Shown: positions 21,401 through 31,439 of the stretch, in pieces
Layout: every line of letters starts with the position of its first letter
How positions within the stretch are numbered: the stretch's first letter is position 1
NCBI RefSeq assembly: GCF_040182365.1
Contig: NZ_CP144460.1
Coordinates: 4,578,935 to 4,642,934 of the forward strand
DNA: 64,000 bases
Reading direction: 5' to 3'
Origin: Xanthomonas sp. 10-10
Lineage (GTDB): Bacteria > Pseudomonadota > Gammaproteobacteria > Xanthomonadales > Xanthomonadaceae
Notes under the pieces: generated by a model
Databases searched by the model: none
Told to the model about the DNA's origin: nothing
What the model saw: the letters and a program-made list of their open reading frames with translations, nothing else
Translations under genes and position numbers: made by a program

Positions 21401-22921
21401 ATGAGTCTGGCGCTGGTGCACAGCCGTGCCCGCGTGGGGGTGCACGCACCTGAAGTTCGGGTGGAAGTGCATCTCTCCGGCGGCCTTCCGTCCACCCAGA
21501 TCGTGGGCCTGCCCGAGGCTGCGGTACGCGAATCGCGCGAGCGCGTACGTGCCGCCCTGCTCTGCGCACAATTCGAATTCCCGGCCCGGCGGATCACCAT
21601 CAATCTGGCGCCGGCGGATCTGCCCAAGGACGGCGGCCGCTTCGATCTGCCGATCGCACTCGGCATTCTTGCGGCCAGTGGCCAGATCGATCGGCAGGCG
21701 CTGGCCGATTACGAATTCATCGGCGAACTCGCGCTGACCGGCGAGCTGCGTGGCGTCGATGGCGTGTTGCCGGCCGCCCTGGCTGCCGCGCAGGCCGGAC
21801 GGCGGCTCATCGTGCCGCTGGCCAATGGCGCCGAGGCCGCCATTGCCGGACACGTCCAGGCCTTTACCGCGCGCACCCTGCTGGAAGTCTGTGCCGCGCT
21901 CAACGGCACCCGGCAGGCGCCTGCTGCCGAGCTGGCGGTTGCCGCCGTGGGCGCACCTGCACTGCCCGACATGGCCGACGTGCGTGGCCAGCCACATGCG
22001 CGCCGCGCACTGGAGATCGCCGCAGCCGGCTGCCACCACCTGCTGCTGGTCGGCAGCCCCGGATGCGGCAAGACCCTGCTCGCCTCGCGCCTGCCTGGCC
22101 TGCTGCCGGAAGCCAGCGAAGCCGAAGCCCTGGAAACTGCCGCAATTACCTCCATCAGCGGCCGCGGGCTAGATCTTGCCCGCTGGCGGCAGCGCCCCTA
22201 CCGCGCCCCGCATCACACCGCCAGCGCGGTCGCCCTGGTCGGTGGTGGCACCCATCCGCGTCCCGGCGAGATCTCGCTGGCCCATCACGGCGTGCTGTTT
22301 CTGGATGAACTGCCAGAATGGCAGCGACAAACGCTGGAAGTGCTGCGCGAGCCGTTGGAGTCGGGTCTGGTCACGATCTCGCGGGCAGCGCGCAGCGTGG
22401 ATTTCCCGGCACGGTTTCAGCTGGTGGCGGCGATGAACCCGTGTCCCTGCGGGTGGGCCGGCGATGGCAGCGGGCGTTGCCGCTGCAGCAGCGACAGCAT
22501 CCGCCGGTATCGCAGCCGCATCTCCGGTCCGCTGCTGGACCGCATCGACCTGCATGTCGACGTGCCGCGTCTGCCACCGCAAGCATTGCGGACCGGCAAT
22601 GTGGGCGAGGACAGCGCCAGTGTGCGTGCGCGCGTGGTCGCCGCGCGGCAGCGCCAGCTCGCCCGCGGGCCGCTGCCCAATGCGCAGCTCGACCAACCCG
22701 ACACCGATCGCCATTGCCGGCTGCACAACGACGACCAACTGCTGCTGGAGCGTGCGATCGAGCATCTGCAGCTGTCCGCACGCTCGATGCATCGCATCCT
22801 GCGCGTGGCGCGCACCATCGCCGATCTCGACAACAGCGCGGACATCGCCACGCACCATCTGACCGAAGCAATCGGCTATCGCAAGCTGGATCGCGCACTG
22901 ACCGCCGCAAGCGCGGCGTAG
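21401..22921 (+). CDS. comM: YifB/ComM family Mg-chelatase-like AAA+ ATPase
   Basis: The N-terminal Lon-like domain is followed by Walker A GSPGCGKT and a C-terminal ChlI region. Confidence 0.85.
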   Translation: MSLALVHSRARVGVHAPEVRVEVHLSGGLPSTQIVGLPEAAVRESRERVRAALLCAQFEFPARRITINLAPADLPKDGGRFDLPIALGILAASGQIDRQALADYEFIGELALTGELRGVDGVLPAALAAAQAGRRLIVPLANGAEAAIAGHVQAFTARTLLEVCAALNGTRQAPAAELAVAAVGAPALPDMADVRGQPHARRALEIAAAGCHHLLLVGSPGCGKTLLASRLPGLLPEASEAEALETAAITSISGRGLDLARWRQRPYRAPHHTASAVALVGGGTHPRPGEISLAHHGVLFLDELPEWQRQTLEVLREPLESGLVTISRAARSVDFPARFQLVAAMNPCPCGWAGDGSGRCRCSSDSIRRYRSRISGPLLDRIDLHVDVPRLPPQALRTGNVGEDSASVRARVVAARQRQLARGPLPNAQLDQPDTDRHCRLHNDDQLLLERAIEHLQLSARSMHRILRVARTIADLDNSADIATHHLTEAIGYRKLDRALTAASAA

Positions 22922-23299
22922 TCAGGCGACACGCACACTGTCGAGCAGTCGCCAGCTGGAGATGGATCGCGCACTTGAAACCGGCGTGTCCGAGTGGCCC
23001 ATGCCGCACCGAGTGCCGGCCGTGCCCGCATGCTGGTGCGCCGTGGCTCTGTGAGCCGCTCCTGGCTGGCTGGGCCGACGCGGCAGATCCCGCGCGGTGC
23101 GGTGTCTGCAATGCCGTGCACCGATGGCAGGTCAGGGTGTGGCCATACCGGCAGCCGATCGCTCGCATGCCGCGTCGACGGGCGACGGCAGTGACAGCGC
23201 AAGCGATGGCGCGCAGCTGGCAGCCGGTCTGCGCGTGCCAACATCCACTTCATGGCCCTGCACGTACAACGACTGCCATCCCTTTGCGCAGAGGCCGTC

Positions 23300-23809
23300 A
23301 TGAGCCGACTTCCCGAGTTGATCACCGTTGCATCGCTGGACCTGAACCGCTATCTCGGCACCTGGTACGAGATCGCCAGGTTGCCGATCCGCTTCGAGGA
23401 CGCCGACTGCACCGATGTGTCCGCGCATTATTCGCTTGCCGACGACGGCAGCGTAAGCGTGCAGAACCGCTGCCTGACCGCAGCCGGCGAGCTGGAGGAA
23501 GCGGTCGGTCAGGCGCGCGCCATCGACGCGACAAATGCCAGGCTCGAAGTGACCTTCCTGCCCGAGGGGCTGCGCTGGATTCCCTTCACCAAGGGCGACT
23601 ATTGGGTGATGCGCATCGACGCGGAGTACACCGCCGCGTTGGTCGGCAGTCCCGATCGCAAGTATCTGTGGCTGCTCGCGCGCCTGCCGCAGCTGGACGA
23701 AAACATTGCCCAGGCCTATCTGGCGCAGGCGCGCGAACAGGGGTTCGACCTGGCGCCGTTGATCCACACCCCGCACACCGGCCGGCTCACCGAACAACCG
23801 CTGCCCTGA
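23300..23809 (+). CDS. blc: Bacterial lipocalin (Blc-like)
   Basis: LDLNRYLGTWYEIARLP is the SCR1 motif and YWVMRIDAEYTAALVGSPDRKYLWLLAR follows. No obvious lipobox is present, so the start is uncertain (23252 or 23300). Confidence 0.75.
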   Translation: MSRLPELITVASLDLNRYLGTWYEIARLPIRFEDADCTDVSAHYSLADDGSVSVQNRCLTAAGELEEAVGQARAIDATNARLEVTFLPEGLRWIPFTKGDYWVMRIDAEYTAALVGSPDRKYLWLLARLPQLDENIAQAYLAQAREQGFDLAPLIHTPHTGRLTEQPLP

Positions 23810-24280
23810 GGACGCTTAGCGGCCGCTGCGACGGCCGCTGCGACTGCGCCAGGCAAGGCCGACGGCGCACGAGCACGCGCGCCGCAATGTCCGCCTCAGC
23901 CTCGATTCCATACACACCGCTGCGCGATGCCGGGCAGTGCGTCGCGCACGCCAGATGGCTCCGCGCGTTGAGACGAGTCAGGCACGGCCGTGCCGTGACC
24001 GAGCGGCCCGATCGCGGACTCACGTCCGCAGATCGGCCTGTTCGCCCGCAGCAACACGACCGGCCCCACACCGCGATCAACCCAGCCGCATCACACCGAT
24101 CCTGACTCCGCCACCCTACACAACGACGGCCGGAGCAGGCAGGCCGCAGCACACATGATGCACCCGCCTGGTTGCTCCGGCCGTCTCGCCCCGTGGTTGC
24201 TGGGATGCCCCTGCTGTCGACTGCATCGAGCGTCGCAATCCGCTGCGGACTCCCCCATTGGCGGCGTTCAATCCTGCGAC

Positions 24281-24457
24281 TCAGCCGTTGAGCGTGCCCA
24301 GATCCTTGGCGGCGGCCTGCGCGCCTTCCAGGCTGTCGAAGGCCACGCCGGTGTCGCCGACCACGTACTTGACCAGTTCGCCGTCGCGCGTGGTTTCGTG
24401 CATCTTGAAGATCGGTACCGCATCGGTACCGCCGACGCGTTCTTTCTGCGTTGCCAT
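24281..24457 (-). CDS. Small conserved-looking protein (58 aa), absent from the six-frame track
   Basis: It reads MATQKERVGGTDAVPIFKMHETTRDGELVKYVVGDTGVAFDSLEGAQAAAKDLGTLNG. A perfect SD GGAGGA lies 7 nt upstream of the ATG and codon bias is good. Confidence 0.55.
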   Translation of the reverse strand: MATQKERVGGTDAVPIFKMHETTRDGELVKYVVGDTGVAFDSLEGAQAAAKDLGTLNG

Positions 24458-24837
24458 GGGTGATTCCTCCAGTGAGAGCGCCTTGCCGGGGACCGGACGG
24501 CCCCGCAGCCCGCCGTGGCGAGCGCAGACGCAACGACCCTAGCGCGCGACTGCGTGCAGGCGCGTGAATCCATCGGCCGCGTCAATTGCTGCATTGCAGG
24601 GGCGGCTTCCGGTAGAAAATCACATCCACTTCGCTCGCCAGACGCGCGCAATGCACGCGTGTGTCGTACATTCGCGACGTGCAGCCTCATCAGTCCATAT
24701 CTGTGGTCCACATCACGCCGGCAAGGCGGGCTGCTGCGTGTGGCGACGCAGCCGTGGCAGACGCGCAGACCGTGGCGTGCAGACCGCACGGCAGGCCGCG
24801 CGCATGAGCTGGCCCCCATGCCGATGCGGGTGGTGAC

Positions 24838-26409
24838 GTGAAGCGTCAACGCATCATCAGTCTGACCGTGCTGCTGGTGCTGCTCTGCGCAACGCTCCCG
24901 ATCGGCCTGTCCTATTACCTGGCCTGGAGGCTGGCGCTGTCGCGCGAGGAAAGCAGGCTCAGCCAACTGGCGGCGCTGTCGATCCGACGGACCGAAACCG
25001 CCTTCGACGAGGCGCATGGCGCCCTGCTGAGCATGGCCGCCTCACGGCTACCGCCCTGCTCGCCCACGCATCTGGCGCAGATGCGCGCGCTGGTACTGAC
25101 CAGCCACTACATCGTCGAGCTGGGGCATTTCGAGCAACGCCGCCTGCACTGCACGTCGTGGGGGTTGCTGCCCAACAGCATCCCGCAGACCCGCCCGGAC
25201 TTCGTGGTCAAGCGCGGCATCGCGGTGACCACCCGGCTGCTGCCGCTGGCCAATCCGCAGCACCCCTTGATGGCGCTGCAGCTTGGCGACTACAACGTCC
25301 TGATCAATCCCGATACGCTGGCCGATATCAATATTCCGCCGGGCCTGCAGCTGGCGATCGGCACGCCCGACGGGCAGGTGCTCAGCAGCACCGGCACGGC
25401 AGCCGAGCAGTTGCTGGTGACGCCGCTCGAGGACACCGGCACCGCCGCCGCGCAGCCGCAGGTGCTGTCCGGCCGCGACCGGCGTGGCGACTGGGTCGCG
25501 GTGGTCACCGAGCCGATGGCGTACCTGCGCGGGCCGCTGGCGGCCGCACGGCTGCAAGTGGTCCCCGGCGGTATCGTGCTGGCAGTGCTGCTGGTCGGCG
25601 TGGTGCTGTGGGTGTCTCGGCGCCGCCTGTCGCCGCTGGCGCGGCTGGAGATTGCGGTGCAGCGCGGCGAATTCATCGTGCACTACCAGCCCATCATTGC
25701 GCTCGACGACGGCCGCTGTGTCGGCGCCGAGGCATTGGTGCGCTGGCAACAGCAAGACGGCGTGCTGGTGCCGCCGGATGCCTTCATTCCGCTGGCAGAA
25801 GAAAGCGGCCTGATCCTGCCGATCACCGATCTGGTGGTGGCCGAAGTCATCCGCGACCTGGGCCCTACCCTGGCTGCAGATCCGGCGCTGCACGTGGCCA
25901 TCAACGTCTCGGCCGACGACATCAAGAGCGGCCGTGTGCAGTCGGTGCTGGCCCAGGCCCTGCAGGGCACCGGGGTGGACAGCGGGCAGCTGTGGGTGGA
26001 GGCGACCGAGCGCAGCCTGATGGACATCGACGCGGCGCGCACCACCATCACCCATCTGCGCGGGGCCGGCCACACCGTGTCGATCGACGACTTCGGCACC
26101 GGCTATTCGAGCCTGCAGTACCTGCAAGGCCTGCCGCTGGATGCGTTGAAGATCGACAAGTCGTTCGTGGACACCATCGGCACCCACTCGGCCACCAGCT
26201 CGGTGACCGCGCACATCATCGAAATGGCCAAGACCTTGCAGCTGCGCACCATCGCCGAAGGCGTGGAGCGCCAGGAGCAACTGGACTACCTGCGCGCCCA
26301 CGGCGTGGACCTTGCGCAGGGCTGGCTGTTCTCGCGCGCGCTGCCGGCGACCGGCTTCATCGCGTATCACGCGCAGGCGCGTACCGTCTCGGCGCACGGG
26401 TTCAAGTAG
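24838..26409 (+). CDS. Membrane c-di-GMP phosphodiesterase: periplasmic CSS-motif sensor domain + EAL domain
   Basis: It has an N-terminal TM segment, a CSS-type periplasmic domain and a second TM segment. The EAL region reads EALVRW...QPI...DDFGTGYSSL...KIDKSF. It starts with GTG. Confidence 0.8.
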   Translation: MKRQRIISLTVLLVLLCATLPIGLSYYLAWRLALSREESRLSQLAALSIRRTETAFDEAHGALLSMAASRLPPCSPTHLAQMRALVLTSHYIVELGHFEQRRLHCTSWGLLPNSIPQTRPDFVVKRGIAVTTRLLPLANPQHPLMALQLGDYNVLINPDTLADINIPPGLQLAIGTPDGQVLSSTGTAAEQLLVTPLEDTGTAAAQPQVLSGRDRRGDWVAVVTEPMAYLRGPLAAARLQVVPGGIVLAVLLVGVVLWVSRRRLSPLARLEIAVQRGEFIVHYQPIIALDDGRCVGAEALVRWQQQDGVLVPPDAFIPLAEESGLILPITDLVVAEVIRDLGPTLAADPALHVAINVSADDIKSGRVQSVLAQALQGTGVDSGQLWVEATERSLMDIDAARTTITHLRGAGHTVSIDDFGTGYSSLQYLQGLPLDALKIDKSFVDTIGTHSATSSVTAHIIEMAKTLQLRTIAEGVERQEQLDYLRAHGVDLAQGWLFSRALPATGFIAYHAQARTVSAHGFK

Positions 26410-26914
26410 GCGACCGCCGCCTTCAAGGCATCCGGCCGACAAGCCGCTTCGATGTCTTGAAGACACCATGCAGGGCCAAGGCTGCGTCATCGCGATCCCT
26501 GGCCTCGCCTGGCCCGATTGAAACGCTCAGGCTTACCGCCGCCGTCGGGCTAACACGCTGCAACCCGGGCAAGCACTCCCACCATGGCGTGGCGTCGAAG
26601 TGACGCTCGCAACCACTGCGCTGTTGCCCGGCCCACCGCGTTGGGACACCGTTCGGTGCCCTGGCTACCTACGCCAGTGACGCATGCGTGTTGCATGCGG
26701 GCACGTGGCCGCATCGCTGATGTCGGCCCTGGCCCGTTATCGAAACGGCAACCGCGACCACTGCGTCGTCGCTCGGCCAATCTCACCCGCACGCCGGTCA
26801 GGTGCCTAGCGTTTGCCCGCGCCAAACGCGCTGGCAGGCTGCAGGCAGACCCGTGGCCGCATCGCCACGCTCACCTTGCTGCATTGCGTGCCGCTGCTTC
26901 GATTACCTCACATC

Positions 26915-26946
26915 CAGAAAAAAGGCCGCCAAGGGCGACCTTTTTA
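26915..26946 (-). terminator. Intrinsic terminator after the desaturase gene
   Basis: On the minus strand: AAAAAGGTCGCCcttgGCGGCCTTTTTTCTGG. Confidence 0.65.
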
Positions 26947-26953
26947 GTATCAC

Positions 26954-28075
26954 TCAAGCGCCCTGCAACGCAGCGCTGCGTTGGCGCACCGGCTTGGGCC
27001 GGCTGGGGAAGGCATGCCGCACGATCCGCCACATCACCTGGCCGAACTGACGCGGCAGCGAGCCGGTGTTGTAGTGCTGGCCGTAGCGCGCACAGATCTG
27101 CCTCACTTCGACCGCGATCTGCGCATAACGATTGGCCGGCAGGTCCGGGTAGAAGTGATGCTCGATCTGGTGGCTCAGATTGCCCGACAGCACGTTCATC
27201 AGCTTGCCGCCGGTCAGATTCGACGAGCCGCGCAACTGACGCAGATACCAGTGGCCGCGCGACTCGTTGCGGATCGATTCCTTCGGAAACACTTCCGCAT
27301 CGGCGGTGAAGTGACCGCAGAAGATGATCACGAAGGTCCAGATGCTGCGCAGCACGTTGGCGGCCAGGTTGCCCAGCAGCACGGTCAGGAAGAACGGGCC
27401 TGCCAGCAGCGGGAACACGATGTAGTCCTTGAGCATCTGGCGGCCGATCTTGCGGCCCACCGGCAGGAACGAGGCGCGCAATTCGGCCGCCTTCATCTTG
27501 CCCGCGAACCACCGGCCCAGGCGCAGGTCCTGGATCGCCACGCCCCATTCGAACAACAGCGCAAACACCACCGCGATGAACGGCTGCAGCAGGTAGAACG
27601 GGCGCCAGCGCTGCTCGGGGAAGATGCGCAGCAGGCCGTAGCCGATGTCGTCGTCCATGCCGCGCACGTTGGTATAGGTGTGGTGCTTGAAGTTGTGCGT
27701 CTTGCGCCAGTTGTCGCCGGTGGCAACGATGTCCCACTCGTAGGTGTTGCCGTTGAGCTGAGGGTCGCCCATCCAGTCGTACTGACCGTGCATGACGTTG
27801 TGGCCCAGCTCCATGTTCTCCAGGATCTTGGACAGGGTCAGCAGCACCACACCGGCGATCCAGGCCGGAATCAGCACGCTGTGCACGAACGCGCCCAAAA
27901 ACAACAGCGCGCGGCCAGCCACGCCGGTCCAGCGCACCGCCGCCACGATGCGGCGGATGTAACGCGCATCGGCGGCGCCGACCTGGGCCTGCACGCGGGC
28001 GCGGATGGCATCGAGTTCGTCGCCGAAGGACTGCAGTTCGGCAGCGGACAGGGCGCGGTTATGGACTCGGCTCAT
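26954..28075 (-). CDS. desB: Membrane acyl-CoA/acyl-lipid fatty acid desaturase (DesB-like)
   Basis: It carries the histidine boxes HNVMHGQY, HNFKHH and HQIEHH and is multi-TM. Confidence 0.8.
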   Translation of the reverse strand: MSRVHNRALSAAELQSFGDELDAIRARVQAQVGAADARYIRRIVAAVRWTGVAGRALLFLGAFVHSVLIPAWIAGVVLLTLSKILENMELGHNVMHGQYDWMGDPQLNGNTYEWDIVATGDNWRKTHNFKHHTYTNVRGMDDDIGYGLLRIFPEQRWRPFYLLQPFIAVVFALLFEWGVAIQDLRLGRWFAGKMKAAELRASFLPVGRKIGRQMLKDYIVFPLLAGPFFLTVLLGNLAANVLRSIWTFVIIFCGHFTADAEVFPKESIRNESRGHWYLRQLRGSSNLTGGKLMNVLSGNLSHQIEHHFYPDLPANRYAQIAVEVRQICARYGQHYNTGSLPRQFGQVMWRIVRHAFPSRPKPVRQRSAALQGA

Positions 28076-28084
28076 GAGGATTCC

Positions 28085-29179
28085 TTACAGATCCAGGATC
28101 AGGTCAGTGCTCGGGGCACTGATGCACAGGCGGACCTGTGCGGTGGGTTCGTTGCTGCGCTCACCGGTCAACAGGTGGCGCGTGGTGCCGGACTGACGCG
28201 CGCAGGCGCAGCTGTTGCAGATGCCCATGCGGCAGCCGTGCTTCGGCCGCAGGCCTTGCGCTTCCAGCCCTTCCAGCAGCGACTGGCCGCGCGGCAGGGT
28301 CAGCGTACGGCCGCTGCGTGACAGCTGGACCTGCACCTCACCGGCTTCGCCGTCATCCAGCACCGGCACGCTGAAGGCTTCGGCCTGAAACGCCGCCACC
28401 TGGCCTTCCAGCCGCGCGCGCGCTGCCTGCACGAAGCCGCCCGGCCCGCAGACCATGACGTGGCGGCTGGAGAGATCGGCGATCTGCTGCAACGGGTAGG
28501 TATCGATGCGCGCAGCTGGCGCGGCGCCTTCGCGAGTGGTCAGCAGCCGCACACGCAGGCGCGGGTGTGCAGCGGCCATCGCCTCGAATTCGTCGACGAA
28601 GCAGGCTTCGTCGCGCTGGCGCACCCAGTACAGCAGGTCCACGTCCATCGGCATGCCGGCCTGCGCGGCGGCCTGCAGCAGCGCGCGCATCGGGGTGATG
28701 CCCGAGCCGGCAGCCAGCAGCAACAGCGGCGTCGGGGCAGTCGGCAGCAACATGTCGCCGAAGGCCGGATCCAGCGACACCACCGTCCCGATCGGCGCAT
28801 CGCCGGCCAGGTAGCGGCTGACCAGCCCGCCCTCGATCGCCTTGACGGTGATGGCCAGGCGGCCATCGGCCAGCACGGTCGGGCTGTAGCTGCGCAGCAG
28901 GCGGCGGCCGTCGATCTCCACGCCCAGGCTCACGTGCTGGCCGGCCTGCAGGCCCTGCCAGTGGCCGTTGGCCTGAAGCACCAAGGTCACCGCGTCGCGG
29001 CTGGCAGTGCTGCGCTCGACCAGACGGGCCATCGGCCGATCCAGCGTCCACAGCGGATTGATCCGGGTTGCCCAGAAATCGAACAGCTGTGGCGACACCA
29101 GCCGGCGCGCCAGCCGTGCGGACAGCGGGGCTTTGCTCTTTGGAGTGGATGCCAGGCTCATAGGTCGCACTATACGCAT
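28085..29179 (-). CDS. desC: Ferredoxin-NAD(P)H reductase with a C-terminal 2Fe-2S ferredoxin domain (DesC-like desaturase partner)
   Basis: It has an FAD-binding RxYS motif, an NAD-binding GSGITP motif, and a C-terminal CRMGICNSC 2Fe-2S cluster motif. It lies 9 nt downstream of the desaturase gene. An alternative start is at 29161. Confidence 0.75.
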   Translation of the reverse strand: MRIVRPMSLASTPKSKAPLSARLARRLVSPQLFDFWATRINPLWTLDRPMARLVERSTASRDAVTLVLQANGHWQGLQAGQHVSLGVEIDGRRLLRSYSPTVLADGRLAITVKAIEGGLVSRYLAGDAPIGTVVSLDPAFGDMLLPTAPTPLLLLAAGSGITPMRALLQAAAQAGMPMDVDLLYWVRQRDEACFVDEFEAMAAAHPRLRVRLLTTREGAAPAARIDTYPLQQIADLSSRHVMVCGPGGFVQAARARLEGQVAAFQAEAFSVPVLDDGEAGEVQVQLSRSGRTLTLPRGQSLLEGLEAQGLRPKHGCRMGICNSCACARQSGTTRHLLTGERSNEPTAQVRLCISAPSTDLILDL

Positions 29180-29253
29180 GCATGCACATGCGTGTATACA
29201 GTTGTATATTCCTAGAAGGGCTATGATTCATCCCCTCGCCCGGCCGCCGCCCC
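29180..29253. promoter_or_regulatory. Divergent desT/desCB control region with an imperfect ~28-bp palindrome
   Basis: TATACGCATGCATGCACATGCGTGTATA is a near-perfect inverted repeat. TGTATACA lies in a 55%-AT island. Confidence 0.5.
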
Positions 29254-29901
29254 ATGACCTCCATCGCCCTGCCTTCCCACGACGCGCCGCCGTCACGCAA
29301 GCCGGCGATTTCACGCGAGGACCTGATTGCCGCGGCGCTGTCGCTGATCGGCCCGCACCGCAGCCTGTCCACGCTGAGCCTCAGGGAAGTGGCACGCGAA
29401 GCCGGGATTGCGCCAAACAGCTTCTACCGCCAGTTCCGCGACATGGATGAGCTCGCGGTAGCGCTGATCGATCTGGCCGGCCGCTCGCTGCGCACCATCA
29501 TCGGGCAAGCCCGCCAGCGCGCCACCTCCACCGACCGCAGCGTGATCCGCGTGTCCGTGGAGGCGTTCATGGAGCAGCTGCGCGCCGACGACAAGCTGCT
29601 GCACGTGCTGCTGCGCGAAGGCGCGGTGGGCTCGGATGCCTTCAAGCAGGCGGTGGAGCGTGAGCTGACCTATTTCGAAGACGAACTGCGCGTGGACCTG
29701 ATCCGCCTGGCCGCCGCCGACAACGCCAAGTTGCACGCACCGGCGCTGGTGTCCAAGGCGATCACCCGCCTGGTCTTTGCGATGGGAGCGGTGGCGATGG
29801 ACTCACCGCCGGAAAAGGACCCGGAACTGATCGAACAGATCTCGCAGATGCTGCGCATGATTCTGACCGGCGCGCGTACGCTGGGCACCCACGGCGGCTG
29901 A
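29254..29901 (+). CDS. desT: TetR-family transcriptional regulator (DesT-like)
   Basis: The N-terminal HTH reads LSLREVAREAGIAPNSFYRQFRDMDEL. It is divergent to the desaturase operon. Confidence 0.7.
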   Translation: MTSIALPSHDAPPSRKPAISREDLIAAALSLIGPHRSLSTLSLREVAREAGIAPNSFYRQFRDMDELAVALIDLAGRSLRTIIGQARQRATSTDRSVIRVSVEAFMEQLRADDKLLHVLLREGAVGSDAFKQAVERELTYFEDELRVDLIRLAAADNAKLHAPALVSKAITRLVFAMGAVAMDSPPEKDPELIEQISQMLRMILTGARTLGTHGG

Positions 29902-30952
29902 GCGCGGCTCACGGCGCCTCGCGCGCAGTTGTCAGGCAGTTGCTGACCGGGTGCTCATCACCACAGCGATCCGTGCTGCACGCCGCATCGCAAACCACGC
30001 GCATCCGCCTGGCGTTGCGCTCCATGGGCTTGTTCGCCGCTCTCATTCTTCGGACGGCAGCCTGCTGGCGGCGTACGTCTTGCACCCTGCGCAGTGAATG
30101 ACCGGCGGGGCGGCTGTGCGCGGCAGGCGCGCGATTGGCGCGAGGTCATCACGGCAACCCATCCACCGAAGCACACTGATCGCCCATTCCCCGGCGCCCT
30201 ACTCGCGCAACATCGGCCTGGCGTGCAACTGCGCGCACCACCGCATCGGTCTACCGGGAATGCTGCTCGTGTGCACAGCCACGCATCGACAACCCCAGCA
30301 CCAAACATGCAGACGATTATCCAACCACTCCAAGCCTTATCCATCCCCGGCCCGCACTTTCAATCGCCAAACTGCCAGCACCTGAAAAAACATAATCAAT
30401 TATTTTCATAAAGTGCTTGCATAACCAAAAACCTGCAGGTAATGTTCGCGCCCTACGCAGCACTGCCTGCACCCGGAACTGACGCACTCTCATGCACACC
30501 AGCCATTTTATCCAACGCAATCGACTGCCCGGCGCCCTTGGCGCGGCATCGTTTGCGTGCACGGCCAAACAGGACGTGCGCACCATCATCGGCTGATGTC
30601 CTGATTCAAGGAGATCGGTCACCCGATCTCCGAGGCACGCGAACGCCCTCGGATGCTGCATCCGGGGGCATTTTCGTTATGCGTTCGCAGCGAACCTGTG
30701 AATGACCGCAGTTGAAACCCGGGCATGGACTGCCCGACGACAGGGATGTCGGATTGCCACGAGGCGCGACAGCGCTGTGCCCAGGTTTCGGGCACGGGTG
30801 GTGCGTGGTCATGCACCGACTGAATTGCCGTTTGAATAAAACGGTAATCGGAAACAGTGCGGAAGATCGTCAGCGGAGTGGAGTTTATTCCAACCGGTGC
30901 GTGCGGCTGTGCCGTGGCGTATATCGATATCTTTCTCGTGTTTCTCGTTTTG

Positions 30953-31020
30953 GGTAACGGCTCGTGGTCGAGCGGCGGCACTATCCGCAGGCGCGGTTCA
31001 ATTCCGCATTACCCACCACT
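30953..31020 (+). pseudogene. Decayed tRNA remnant (~65 nt) ending in CCA
   Basis: The acceptor stem is GGGTAAC/ATTACCC. A T-arm-like GCGGTTCAATTCCGC is followed by discriminator A and CCA. The anticodon arm cannot be folded and the element is too short. Confidence 0.4.
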
Positions 31021-31089
31021 GGATAGCTCAGAGGGTAGAGCAACAGATTTCAAATCTGTCTGTCGCGGGTTCGATTCCCGCTCCAAGCA
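31017..31089 (+). tRNA. tRNA-like element with a UCA anticodon; the 5' acceptor strand is unpaired at positions 1-3 (probable pseudo-tRNA)
   Basis: The D arm is canonical (TAGCTCAGAGGGTAGAGC). The anticodon stem ACAGA/TCTGT has the loop TTTCAAA. The T arm is GCGGGTTCGATTCCCGC. The acceptor 3' strand TCCAAGC pairs only 4/7 with the 5' strand CACTGGA, and no CCA follows. Confidence 0.4.
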
Positions 31090-31439
31090 ATGACCTTCCC
31101 GGTCATTCCGGGGACGCAAGTCCCTTTACGGAAACGCCCATGCCGCGTGCAATCACGCAATCCATCGCTTGAATGCACGCGGCAGCGGCGGCCTCGCCGG
31201 GCGGTTGCCCTGGACGCGTCGCCCTGCGCTCGTCCGTGACTTCGCAAACCATCGCGGGGCTGCGGCAACGCATCGGCAGGCGCCAACAGCGCAGCGTGCC
31301 CCGCACGGCCGCCGTCACCGGCGTTTCCACCCTCAAACGCCGCGTTGCATCGGCACACGTTCGCCACCAGTCCGATCCGGGCGGCGCGACGGCAGTCCCT
31401 GCGGATCGGACCACCAGAGCCAACCCAAGGAGAAGTGTC

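Noticed and set aside
25048-26490. 480-aa minus ORF and 481-aa plus ORF (25158-26603)
   Set aside because: They are alternate frames over the CSS-EAL gene. Only the 24838 frame contains the EAL signature.
31017-31089. Interpretation of the UCA-anticodon element as selC (tRNA-Sec)
   Set aside because: The D arm is a standard 4-bp stem with an 8-nt loop and the variable arm is only 5 nt. Bacterial tRNA-Sec has a 6-bp D stem, a 4-nt D loop, a long variable arm and an 8-bp acceptor stem. No selA/selB/selD genes are evident nearby.
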